From NCBI RefSeq assembly GCF_004365815.1, contig NZ_SODD01000018.1, positions 9,589 through 41,588 on the forward strand: DNA of 32,000 bases, written 5' to 3'. Under the pieces are notes generated by a model. That model had not been told where the DNA came from and did no database searches. It saw only the letters and a list, made by a program, of their open reading frames with translations. The translations under genes and the position numbers were made by a program. Positions within the stretch are counted from its first letter, which is position 1. Every line of letters starts with the position of its first letter. Below, one piece after another: positions 1 through 7,980 of the stretch. Origin of the DNA: Breznakia blatticola (GTDB lineage: Bacteria; Bacillota_I; Bacilli_A; Erysipelotrichales; Erysipelotrichaceae).

Positions 1-3000
1 CATACGTTTGTTCTTTGTATGAGTATTCTTGATCATATACAGCAACAAGTTGTTCCATTGTAACTTCAGGGATACTCACACTGTACGACTGTGAAGTATT
101 TTGATAGTCTGCATCGACAACCTCTGGATATTCTTCGTTTGCGATGGATGCATGTACACTGTAATTTGTTCCTTGCGTACTTCCTCCAATCATCTCATGA
201 TCAAATGTATGTGTAATCGATGTATTTGCTGGCACAACAACCGTATCATCGTAATACACAGATCTATTGTCTTCACTTGCTAGTTTACCAGTTTTGAGCA
301 AACGCTTTGTCACTGATTCCACTAAACTGTTTTGCAGTTGCATTTCTTCACTGACAAGAACGACATGTAATTTTACTTCAGCTGCTTCAGTTCCATTATT
401 TTGTAATGTAATGGTATGACGAACACTATCTCCATATGTAATGTCACGAGATGCATTATCACTTTCATTTAGCAATTCATATACATGTTGTAACTGAATG
501 TATCCAGTTCCAACTTTGAATGTACTTGTAACATCTGTTTCTACATACTCACTTTCAAGCGATGTTTTCAAAGTGTATGTTATATCATTTTTACTTCCTT
601 CAACATTATTTGCTAAATAATATAGCGTTGTTGTTTGTCCAGGTTGTATATGAAGATAATATGCACCATCTTCATATGTGACAAGATCACTCATATCTTT
701 CAAAGATACAAATATTCCATTATCTCTAACATATAAATAACTTGTTACATCTGCACTTGTATCATATTGCTTAAAGATACTGCTTAGTTTGACTTTATCC
801 ACATATGTTCCTGTATTTTGAATTTTGGTTGCGAACACTACAGATTGTTTGTGTGGTATACGTAGTTCATCATCTTTTGCAGCACTTACAAATGATAGTG
901 ATGAAAAGTTTTCATTTACTTCTTCGTATGAACTAAATGGACCAAACGCAAGCTTTTGTTGGATGCTTGTCTCTGGTGATGAAATTACCGCATACTGGTT
1001 CGTCGTTTTATCTTCTATAATAAAATCTTCATGTGCATTTTGAATGTTTGCCACAAATGTATGTTCTAATCCTGCTGGATTTCCATTCACATCATGTTGC
1101 ACAAAATAGAAAGTTCGTGTCTCTTTAGCAGCAACAGTAATCCCTTCATTTGATACTTCTTCTTTGTTTACATCCATTAAAGTAACTTGCTTATTGTTAA
1201 GCTTAGCTACAATATCCATCTGTCCTTCTTTATTTCCACTATTTTCGATAGTGACTTTATAAACTACATCCTGATTCACTAGAACCTCCTCTGGTTCACT
1301 AACCAATTCAGTAAATAGTGTTTCTAGATTTTGTACAGACGTTATATCATCTACACTTCGATACGTGCTATCAATCGTTAATTTTGGAATGTCAATTTCA
1401 ACAACCATTTCATGTGGTGTACAAAGTACAAGTTCATGTAATGAATTAATCATTTCACCGTAGGTTGTGTATGTTGAATGAATCTCTGTTGGCTCTAGTT
1501 TTTCACCAATATAGTAATATGTAGCACTTTGTCCTACACCTAAGCTTACCTGACCATCATGCAAAATCACTTCATTTCCATCACCATCAATAAATCTTCC
1601 GTAATCAATTTGGATGTTTTCTCCACTTTCATTCGTGAACGCTCTAAATGTTACATTTTTTGCTTCTTCACTTTTGTTTGCAAGTGTAAATTTATATAAC
1701 ACTTGATCACCGTGAGTAACTTGTTTTGCTTCTTCACTAAAGACATGCTCACTTGGCAACATATCTGATTGATACACTTGATAGTCTTGTTCAATTGTAA
1801 CTTTCGGTATAACAACTGTAGCTTTAGCACTTGATGAAGTTCTATCTCCATCAAGAGAATCTCTACTTGCATTTTGATATGCAGATACTTGACTACTATA
1901 AACATTCCCGGTATCACTTCCAATTACTGGAGATTTTCTTTCATAGTAAAACGTTGCAACTTCACCTATTGCTAGATCTAATTTAACCATTCCTGTTGCT
2001 TCATCAATTTCAAATTCTGCTTCACTTTCTAAATACTCAGCTATATTTTGTACATCATTATCTGGAGTCAATTCACTAAAATCAAGATACATTTGTTTTG
2101 CATCTTTTAATCCTGTATTTACAACTTCATATTTGTAGATAAGAAGTTGTCCATTTTCTGTATATACTTTTTCTGTTTCATATTCCACATCACTCATAAC
2201 ATCTTTTTTTGCAGCTACAGTTGTTTCTGTACCGACTTGTGCCTTAAATGCAAGTGATGAACCTAAAGCTTGTGTACTTTCGACAGAAGTACCACTTAAT
2301 GAGTTTGCTGCTTTTACACTGAATTTATTGTATAACCCATCAGCTGCCAAGTCCGATTGACTTATATCATATTTATAGCGGAAACGAACTGTATCTGTTG
2401 CTCCATTATTTATTGCACCATTACCTGCAATTGGAACATTTTTACTCAACTTAAATCCATTTTTATCATTAGATGCTTCACTTAATCCAATTGATGTCCA
2501 TGTATCATCAACAATATCTCCATTTGCATCAACATATGCATATTCCAAGTCTCTAAGATTTCCTTTATTAGGAATACTATTAAAACTTTGTGTTTTAAGA
2601 TCTGTTCCTTCTTCTATATTTAAAAACTCACCTTCATTCTTAAAAGTAGTAGACGAATTGAACCAACTTGCCATGTGCGAGATATTCGTTGCATCTCCAC
2701 CTTTGTTGATAACATCATTTTCAAAGACTGCAGTTCTTTGACCTTCTTCAAATGCTGTTTTCACATTATTAACTGCCAGTTGATCAAAAGTTAATGTTGT
2801 CTCAATTTTAAAACTTGAACCATTGGTATTTCGTTCCGCTTGGAATATCGTTAGATAATATGTCTTGCCAATTTCCATGCCAAGATCTCGTTTAATTTCA
2901 CTTCTTCCTGTACCTGGATGTGATGAATATGTAGATCCTGTTTTTGGTATATTCCCATTCCAATTGGATACATTTGCTTTTCCAAATGTCACATTACCAT

Positions 3001-3823
3001 CTTGGGCACCATGCGATCCACCTAAGTCAACTACTAACGTACCATTATCCGCTTGATCCCCTACAAAGACCCAGACATCATCATCTCCTTTAAAGTTAAA
3101 TTCTTCTCCACCAACGTATGTAAACTTTATTTGCGTTTTCGTTGTAAAGTGATAGTTATGTTTGTCAAAGTCTTGTATATAGCAACTTTTGTCTATTTTG
3201 TAGTCATCAAACTCACAGACTACTCCACTCTTACCGGATTTGCTTGCATACCTTACTTCTGCTTCATCTTGCCATTCTCTTGCTCGTTGTAAATCTGTAT
3301 CAGAAAGAACATTATTTACATTTCCTGCTGTTGAAGTAGCCATATCATTTAACGGGAAAAATAATCCATAGTTTTTATTTAAGTATGTATTTTGTTTAAT
3401 TGGCTCATATACATACTTTCCAGTATTCGCATCAGCTAGTGTTAACTTTAATTTCCCTTGATAATATGCATTATTATTTGTGGTTTCATACCAATCATTG
3501 AAATGCGCAACATCATCGTTAAGATATCCTGATGTTGTCGGTACTGGTTTTCCATCGACCAGTTGATTTTGTACCAATCCCGAATTAGCTGCTCCATGAA
3601 CTTTATCCTTTTGAAACACTATATCATCTTGTTGTTGGTCCCATATCTCGATTGGAACTTCTATACTTGAAGGATATCCACTGCTTTCAAATACGCTTGG
3701 TACTCCTTCATTATGGTTTACACCACTGGTGTTTGCCAGTATTGTAATATCGGTTGTGCTGCTTAATGTAAATGTTGAAAACACTAAAACAGCACAAAAA
3801 AAGATTCGTAATATTTTTTTCAT
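1..3823 (-). CDS. Large secreted surface protein, C-terminus cut off by the window edge (about 1274 aa visible): signal peptide, fibro-slime/PA14-like domain, then repeated Ig-like (DUF11/CARDB-like) modules
   Basis: Absent from the ORF track because no stop codon lies inside the window. ATG at 3823-3821 is preceded by GGAGGG (3827-3832). My manual translation of this frame reaches position 2 without a stop. N-terminus MKKILRIFFCAVLVFSTFTLSS is signal-peptide-like. FNFKGDDDVWVFVGDQ..LVVDLGGSHG (about 3020-3095) and YYLTIFQAERNTNGSSFKIETTL (about 2790-2860) match the fibro-slime/PA14-like signature as I recall it. Later modules repeat a V.Y.(F/I)T(L/I).N.G pattern (VLYKFTLANKSEEAKNV, VVYKVTIENSGNKEGQ, VRHTITLQNNGTEAAEV). 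Confidence 0.8.
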   Translation of the reverse strand, partial: MKKILRIFFCAVLVFSTFTLSSTTDITILANTSGVNHNEGVPSVFESSGYPSSIEVPIEIWDQQQDDIVFQKDKVHGAANSGLVQNQLVDGKPVPTTSGYLNDDVAHFNDWYETTNNNAYYQGKLKLTLADANTGKYVYEPIKQNTYLNKNYGLFFPLNDMATSTAGNVNNVLSDTDLQRAREWQDEAEVRYASKSGKSGVVCEFDDYKIDKSCYIQDFDKHNYHFTTKTQIKFTYVGGEEFNFKGDDDVWVFVGDQADNGTLVVDLGGSHGAQDGNVTFGKANVSNWNGNIPKTGSTYSSHPGTGRSEIKRDLGMEIGKTYYLTIFQAERNTNGSSFKIETTLTFDQLAVNNVKTAFEEGQRTAVFENDVINKGGDATNISHMASWFNSSTTFKNEGEFLNIEEGTDLKTQSFNSIPNKGNLRDLEYAYVDANGDIVDDTWTSIGLSEASNDKNGFKLSKNVPIAGNGAINNGATDTVRFRYKYDISQSDLAADGLYNKFSVKAANSLSGTSVESTQALGSSLAFKAQVGTETTVAAKKDVMSDVEYETEKVYTENGQLLIYKYEVVNTGLKDAKQMYLDFSELTPDNDVQNIAEYLESEAEFEIDEATGMVKLDLAIGEVATFYYERKSPVIGSDTGNVYSSQVSAYQNASRDSLDGDRTSSSAKATVVIPKVTIEQDYQVYQSDMLPSEHVFSEEAKQVTHGDQVLYKFTLANKSEEAKNVTFRAFTNESGENIQIDYGRFIDGDGNEVILHDGQVSLGVGQSATYYYIGEKLEPTEIHSTYTTYGEMINSLHELVLCTPHEMVVEIDIPKLTIDSTYRSVDDITSVQNLETLFTELVSEPEEVLVNQDVVYKVTIENSGNKEGQMDIVAKLNNKQVTLMDVNKEEVSNEGITVAAKETRTFYFVQHDVNGNPAGLEHTFVANIQNAHEDFIIEDKTTNQYAVISSPETSIQQKLAFGPFSSYEEVNENFSSLSFVSAAKDDELRIPHKQSVVFATKIQNTGTYVDKVKLSSIFKQYDTSADVTSYLYVRDNGIFVSLKDMSDLVTYEDGAYYLHIQPGQTTTLYYLANNVEGSKNDITYTLKTSLESEYVETDVTSTFKVGTGYIQLQHVYELLNESDNASRDITYGDSVRHTITLQNNGTEAAEVKLHVVLVSEEMQLQNSLVESVTKRLLKTGKLASEDNRSVYYDDTVVVPANTSITHTFDHEMIGGSTQGTNYSVHASIANEEYPEVVDADYQNTSQSYSVSIPEVTMEQLVAVYDQEYSYKEQTY

Positions 3824-3853
3824 TTGTCCCTCCACACACTTTTTAACGTTTTC

Positions 3854-3881
3854 ATTATATAATAATATTTCATATATACAA
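3854..3881 (-). promoter_or_regulatory. Candidate sigma-A promoter of the large surface-protein gene (TTGTAT-16-TATAAT)
   Basis: Read on the minus strand: -35 TTGTAT (3881-3876), 16-nt spacer, -10 TATAAT (3859-3854). About 30 nt upstream of the ATG at 3823. Confidence 0.45.
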
Positions 3882-3895
3882 ACGAGACAAACGAG
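3878..3895. repeat. Perfect tandem 9-mer ACAAACGAG x2 overlapping or just upstream of the -35 region
   Basis: acaaacgag at 3878-3886 and again at 3887-3895, read directly. Confidence 0.9.
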
Positions 3896-3918
3896 TGATT
3901 TTGCTTACACTTATACAC

Positions 3919-3947
3919 AAAAAAAGACAAAGCTTTTCGCCTTGTCT
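3919..3947 (-). terminator. Intrinsic terminator after the ridA-like gene
   Basis: Minus strand: AGACAAGGC-gaaaa-GCTTTGTCT (9-bp stem, one G-U pair) followed by TTTTTTT. Confidence 0.75.
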
Positions 3948-3962
3948 AATGTTACTTATGAA

Positions 3963-4439
3963 TTAGCAACCACCGCAACCGCAGCCATCAGAACAGTCAT
4001 CACCACAACCATCACAACCACCTTGTGCTTGTTGTGCTTGACGTTCGTAAACCAATGTATCAATAACCATGCATTCGATTTCAACTGCAGCACCTTTTGG
4101 TAATGCAGCAACTTGGAATGCGCTACGTGCTGGGAATACATCTGTAAAGTAATCTCCATATACATCATTTACTGCACTGAAATCATTAATATCAGCAAGT
4201 AAAATTGTTGTTTTTACGATATGGTGCATATCTAAACCTACTTCATTTAGGATTGCACGGATGTTGTCCATTGCTTGTTTTGTTTGTGCAGCAACGCCAC
4301 CTTCTACTAATTCGTTTGTTTTTGGATCAAGACCTAATTGTCCTGACATATACATAAAGTCACCTAGTTTCACTGCTGGTGAGTATGCACCTACTGGTGC
4401 TGGTGCATTTTTTGATTCAATCTTTTGTAAGAATTGCAT
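3963..4439 (-). CDS. ridA: RidA/YjgF/TdcF-family enamine/imine deaminase with an atypical Cys/Gly/Asp-rich C-terminal tail
   Basis: 158-aa ORF. The core carries family-typical stretches (APAPVGAYSPAV, SGQLGLDP, ARSAFQVAALPKGAAVEIE). SD GAGGAA lies 6 nt upstream of the ATG at 4439. The tail is ...YERQAQQAQGGCDGCGDDCSDGCGCGGC. Confidence 0.9.
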   Translation of the reverse strand: MQFLQKIESKNAPAPVGAYSPAVKLGDFMYMSGQLGLDPKTNELVEGGVAAQTKQAMDNIRAILNEVGLDMHHIVKTTILLADINDFSAVNDVYGDYFTDVFPARSAFQVAALPKGAAVEIECMVIDTLVYERQAQQAQGGCDGCGDDCSDGCGCGGC

Positions 4440-4442
4440 AAT

Positions 4443-5708
4443 TTATTCCTCGCTTTCTATCGGTGTTAATACCGTTAATTCTATTTTTTCGGCTTTGCCT
4501 TCTTTCGTTGCAAGCACTTTTATCTCATAGTTTTCAAAATCGATTTCTTTTCCTTTACGAACACGACCACCAGCAAGTTCAGCTACCCATCCAGTAATCG
4601 AACGTGCAGAGGTTTTTGGTAATTCATAATCATCTAGATATTCATCAAAGAAGTGTGCAAGGTTTACCTTACCTTCAACTTCAAATGTATGATGACCAAT
4701 TTCTACAACATGATCTGGTAATAAATCATATTCATCATAAATCTCACCAACAAGTTCTTCTAAGATATCTTCTAAAGTTACAATACCAACAAAGTTTTCG
4801 ATTTTTGCACTTTCAGTTACAATTGCCATATGTACACGATTTTTTTGAATCGATTCAAGAATTTGTGGTAACTTCTTTCTTTGCGAAACAAATAAAGGTT
4901 CACTCATCATTTCTGGAATACTGATTTTCTTGCGTTCGATCATCGCTTCAAATACATCACGAACACGTAGTACACCAACTACCTTCAACGTTTTATGTGA
5001 GATAACAGGGAAACGAGAAAGCTTGTGGTTCATAATCAGTTCTTTTACTTCTTCCACTTTGGCATTGTCATAAATCCAAATTACTTCGTCGCGTGCAACC
5101 ATGACATCCTTGATTGCTGTATCATCAAATTCAATAACACTTTCAATAAGTTCACGTTCTTCTTGAACTAAAACTCCTTCTTGTTCGATGGTTGATACGA
5201 TTTCTAGAAGTTCATCTTCTGTTGCTGTAACTTTCTTTTCTTCATCTTCATCCCAACGCAATTGCGCTTTTACCGCAATAAAACTAATGGGTTTGAAAAT
5301 CGCAATAAGCAACGATAACGGTCGTGCAAATCGCATTGCTACTTTCTCTGGATGACTGCTTGCTAAAATCTTTGGTGTAATCTCACCAAAAACAAGTACC
5401 ACAATTGTCATAACGATTGTTGCAAACGCAACCCCGCTACTACCAAATAAATCGGTAAATAGCATCGTAGTCAGAGATGTCGCCAATATATTTACAATAT
5501 TATTTCCAATGAGGATGGATGTGATTGCAGATGTATAGTTCTTATGAACTTTATAGGCTAACTCTGCTTTCTTATTACCCTCTTTGGCCATATTTTTTAA
5601 ACGAATAACATTAACACTTGAATAAGCAGTTTCACTGCTTGAGAACATTGCAGATAATGCAATGAGCATAATTAAACTAACAATTATAATGATCTGCTGG
5701 GGATCCAA
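4443..5708 (-). CDS. CNNM/DUF21-CBS pair-CorC_HlyC family membrane protein (hemolysin/CorC-type putative divalent-cation transporter)
   Basis: 421 aa. N-terminal TM region, central CBS-like region (VMVARDEV..., HMAIVTESAKIENFVGIVTLEDILEELVGEI) and a C-terminal CorC/HlyC-like domain. TTG start at 5708 with AAGGAG (5718-5723) 9 nt upstream. Its stop lies 4 nt from the ridA start. Confidence 0.88.
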   Translation of the reverse strand: MDPQQIIIIVSLIMLIALSAMFSSSETAYSSVNVIRLKNMAKEGNKKAELAYKVHKNYTSAITSILIGNNIVNILATSLTTMLFTDLFGSSGVAFATIVMTIVVLVFGEITPKILASSHPEKVAMRFARPLSLLIAIFKPISFIAVKAQLRWDEDEEKKVTATEDELLEIVSTIEQEGVLVQEERELIESVIEFDDTAIKDVMVARDEVIWIYDNAKVEEVKELIMNHKLSRFPVISHKTLKVVGVLRVRDVFEAMIERKKISIPEMMSEPLFVSQRKKLPQILESIQKNRVHMAIVTESAKIENFVGIVTLEDILEELVGEIYDEYDLLPDHVVEIGHHTFEVEGKVNLAHFFDEYLDDYELPKTSARSITGWVAELAGGRVRKGKEIDFENYEIKVLATKEGKAEKIELTVLTPIESEE

Positions 5709-5747
5709 AATATACCACTCCTTTTTCTTATATTTACAATTTCATTT

Positions 5748-5776
5748 ATTATAGTACAGTCGACGATAAATCGCAA
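5748..5776 (-). promoter_or_regulatory. Candidate promoter of the CNNM-ridA operon (TTGCGA-17-TATAAT)
   Basis: Minus strand: -35 TTGCGA (5776-5771), 17-nt spacer, -10 TATAAT (5753-5748). Confidence 0.5.
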
Positions 5777-5842
5777 TTCTATATCCCAAAGTTAAATGAA
5801 AATATTGTGAGCTTTCTGTTATTTGTTGCTTTCTAAAGAAGT

Positions 5843-5883
5843 TGGTCAAAAGCGATTGATTTATTTACTAAGAGTCGTATAAT
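5843..5883 (+). promoter_or_regulatory. Candidate promoter of the lipoprotein gene with an upstream TGGTCAAA box
   Basis: TGGTCAAA (5843-5850), 5 nt, TTGATT (5856-5861), 16 nt, TATAAT (5878-5883). The gene starts at 5915. Confidence 0.45.
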
Positions 5884-5914
5884 ATCTTATGGATTACAAT
5901 TTTGGAGGAGAGTT

Positions 5915-6289
5915 ATGAAGAAGTTTATTGCCTTTATGGTCGTATGTGCACTTGGATTATTCGGGTGTTCATCAACATCGTTACCAGATGGTGTATCTCA
6001 AACTTTCTATGACAATGGAAAAGCTGTTGTAGAAATCATGGATGACTATTTTGCAAACGATGTAACTGCTGCAAAAGCTGCAGATAAAGTACAAAAAGTA
6101 CTTGATAAATTATCAAAAGAAGACGTAAGTGATTCAATCGATAATGAGTCAATCCTAAATGTTATTTCTAAAATTCAATCAAACCTATCATACGTTAGCG
6201 AAGCTGACGAAAGTGAAGTTGATAGTGTTAACACAGATTTAGAAATCGCAACAAACGGTTTACGTACTGCACTAGGATTAAACGACTAA
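5915..6289 (+). CDS. Small putative lipoprotein, function unknown
   Basis: 124 aa. MKKFIAFMVVCALGLFGCSS has a signal peptide with a lipobox-like LFGC. SD GGAGGAG sits upstream. The mature part is acidic. Confidence 0.75.
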   Translation: MKKFIAFMVVCALGLFGCSSTSLPDGVSQTFYDNGKAVVEIMDDYFANDVTAAKAADKVQKVLDKLSKEDVSDSIDNESILNVISKIQSNLSYVSEADESEVDSVNTDLEIATNGLRTALGLND

Positions 6290-6294
6290 TAAAA

Positions 6295-6347
6295 AGGGTT
6301 GTGACAGTTTGAGATTATACTCAAAGCTGCTACAACTCTTTTTTTTT
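6295..6347. terminator. Bidirectional intrinsic terminator between convergent genes
   Basis: Long imperfect hairpin: GGGTTGTGACAG..CTGCTACAACTC with an inner TTTGAG/CTCAAA stem. Flanked by an A-run upstream and a T-run (6339-6347) downstream. Confidence 0.7.
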
Positions 6348-6349
6348 GC

Positions 6350-7891
6350 TTATTTTTTATTTTGCTTAGTCTTTTTATAGAAAATGATACCAATCACTAC
6401 AACAGATCCAAATGCTAATGCAAGCAATAGTTCTGTAGGTATACTTGTATCTCCAGTTTTTGGAATATCTGAATCAGAATTCGTATTTCCATTAATTGGT
6501 GTATCATGCACTACAATATCTTTTGTATATACATAGATAATTGTTTGCGCTTGATCACTAAACGTTCCATTTTGATTTCCTATTACTTCTTTGTAGGTAT
6601 ATCCAGGAATTTGTTTTTGACTTGTAGTATAGCTTTCACCAATGTTTCCTTGCAAGATATCTTCTTTAGCAATTACGTTCCCATCTGTATCTTGATATTT
6701 TACAGTTACTGGCATTCCTGCAACCACATCTTTGGTATACACATAAGTTACCGTTTGTGCTTCATCACTAAAACTACCTTGTGGATTTCCAATTACTTCT
6801 TTAAATGTATATCCAGCAAATGTTTTTTGCTCGCTTGTATATGTTTCACCAATATTTCCTTCAAGTTGGATATCATCAATAATTGCTTGTCCATCGGTAT
6901 CCTGATATTTAATGGTAACTGGTTCACCTTCATTTGCTAATCGAATATCTGGATATGTAATCAATGAACCGCTTGAAATAAATGGCGTAGAAAAACTTGC
7001 ATTCATTCCACCATACATATAACTATATGTACCATCTTGTTTTTGCTTTGTATATTCAGCTAGTGCTTGTTCATATTCTTCTTCACTTATTTCCTCATTG
7101 ACTTTAAAGTCATATGCATTTGTTGTTTCATTAAATGTAACAATATAAGTTAAAGCATAGTCTCCAACATAGATCATATAGTTTGCATTGTTCCATGTAA
7201 ATAAATCATATGCATCCGCAGAACCCAAAATGAATAATTGCTCAATTGGAATACTAAATTCATGCATATCTTCCACATAGATTGGTGCTGTAGGCACGAT
7301 TGGATCATCTTCGGCAGTAGGTGCACCTGACAACTCAATTGTAAATGTATTCGAGTCTTTTAACAACGGAACAATACCCTCATAATTCCCAGAATTAGAA
7401 ATTGGATATAAATGCAAATACACTGGATTATTAGCGATCGGCTCAAAGTTATATTCATGAGTTCCACCCCAATAATATTGACTAATATATTCAATCGTCA
7501 CTGTATCTGGTAAGTATTCCAAACCTTTCGTATTGTATACTATTTGATCAGGTGAAGTTCCACCAATTGAAAATCGATCTTCTGAATAATTCTCTAACAT
7601 TTCTTTTGTAACTACTTCATTTGGATTTTCAGAATCTAAACCAAGATTTTGTTTAGTAATCGTGCGTAGATATGGATCTGGCATCCACTCTTCAAAACTT
7701 TCTTCGGTTGCACTTACTTCAACCAAGTTATTTTGTATGTTCAAACGATTTGTTTGATTTGTCGTATCCTTTGCCAAAACGGTTGTAGATACTGTAGTAA
7801 TCATCATTGCGACAGCTGCAATAAGACCTATAAACTTCCATTTTTTATTATGTATGTTATAAAACATCATAGACTCCTTCCTATCTTTCAA
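6350..7891 (-). CDS. Cell-wall-anchored adhesin-like protein with two MucBP-type repeats and a PxTG sorting signal
   Basis: 513 aa. N-terminal signal/TM segment (KFIGLIAAVAMMITTVSTTVLA). Two 70-aa repeats of the form PVT(I/V)KYQDTDG...GY(T/Y)(F/Y)KEVIGN...Y(V)YTKD, typical of MucBP. C-terminus is IPKTGD (6449-6466), then a hydrophobic stretch, then KKTKQNKK. Confidence 0.85.
   Translation of the reverse strand: MKDRKESMMFYNIHNKKWKFIGLIAAVAMMITTVSTTVLAKDTTNQTNRLNIQNNLVEVSATEESFEEWMPDPYLRTITKQNLGLDSENPNEVVTKEMLENYSEDRFSIGGTSPDQIVYNTKGLEYLPDTVTIEYISQYYWGGTHEYNFEPIANNPVYLHLYPISNSGNYEGIVPLLKDSNTFTIELSGAPTAEDDPIVPTAPIYVEDMHEFSIPIEQLFILGSADAYDLFTWNNANYMIYVGDYALTYIVTFNETTNAYDFKVNEEISEEEYEQALAEYTKQKQDGTYSYMYGGMNASFSTPFISSGSLITYPDIRLANEGEPVTIKYQDTDGQAIIDDIQLEGNIGETYTSEQKTFAGYTFKEVIGNPQGSFSDEAQTVTYVYTKDVVAGMPVTVKYQDTDGNVIAKEDILQGNIGESYTTSQKQIPGYTYKEVIGNQNGTFSDQAQTIIYVYTKDIVVHDTPINGNTNSDSDIPKTGDTSIPTELLLALAFGSVVVIGIIFYKKTKQNKK
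6509..6928 (-). repeat. Two tandem 210-nt (70-aa) MucBP-like coding repeats
   Basis: Repeat 1 spans 6719-6928 (GEPVTIKYQDTDGQAII...YVYTKDVVA). Repeat 2 spans 6509-6718 (GMPVTVKYQDTDGNVIA...YVYTKDIVV). Confidence 0.85.
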
Positions 7892-7940
7892 TCCCTACCA
7901 ATAAATGAAAAAATTCCATACGCATTCATATGGTGATTCT

Positions 7941-7980
7941 AGTATAGTATGATTCTATATACTTGCAATGTATTTGACCG
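7941..7980 (-). promoter_or_regulatory. Candidate promoter of the MucBP adhesin gene with an upstream CGGTCAAA box
   Basis: Minus strand: CGGTCAAA (7980-7973), 4 nt, TTGCAA (7968-7963), 16 nt, TATACT (7946-7941). Confidence 0.4.

Noticed and set aside
101-3292. Track ORFs 101-283, 825-1043, 2865-3056 and 3053-3292 (+ strand) and 1651-1923 (- strand)
   Set aside because: All lie inside, antisense to, or out of frame with the continuous 1-3823 minus-strand reading frame. Their translations are low-complexity and Cys/Phe/Ile-rich with no SD. They are shadow ORFs.
3729-4530. ORFs 3729-4103 (+), 3956-4168 (-) and 4261-4530 (+)
   Set aside because: They overlap the ridA-like gene and its terminator in other frames or on the other strand. 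The TTT/VVV runs simply mirror the GC-rich Cys/Gly codons of the RidA tail.
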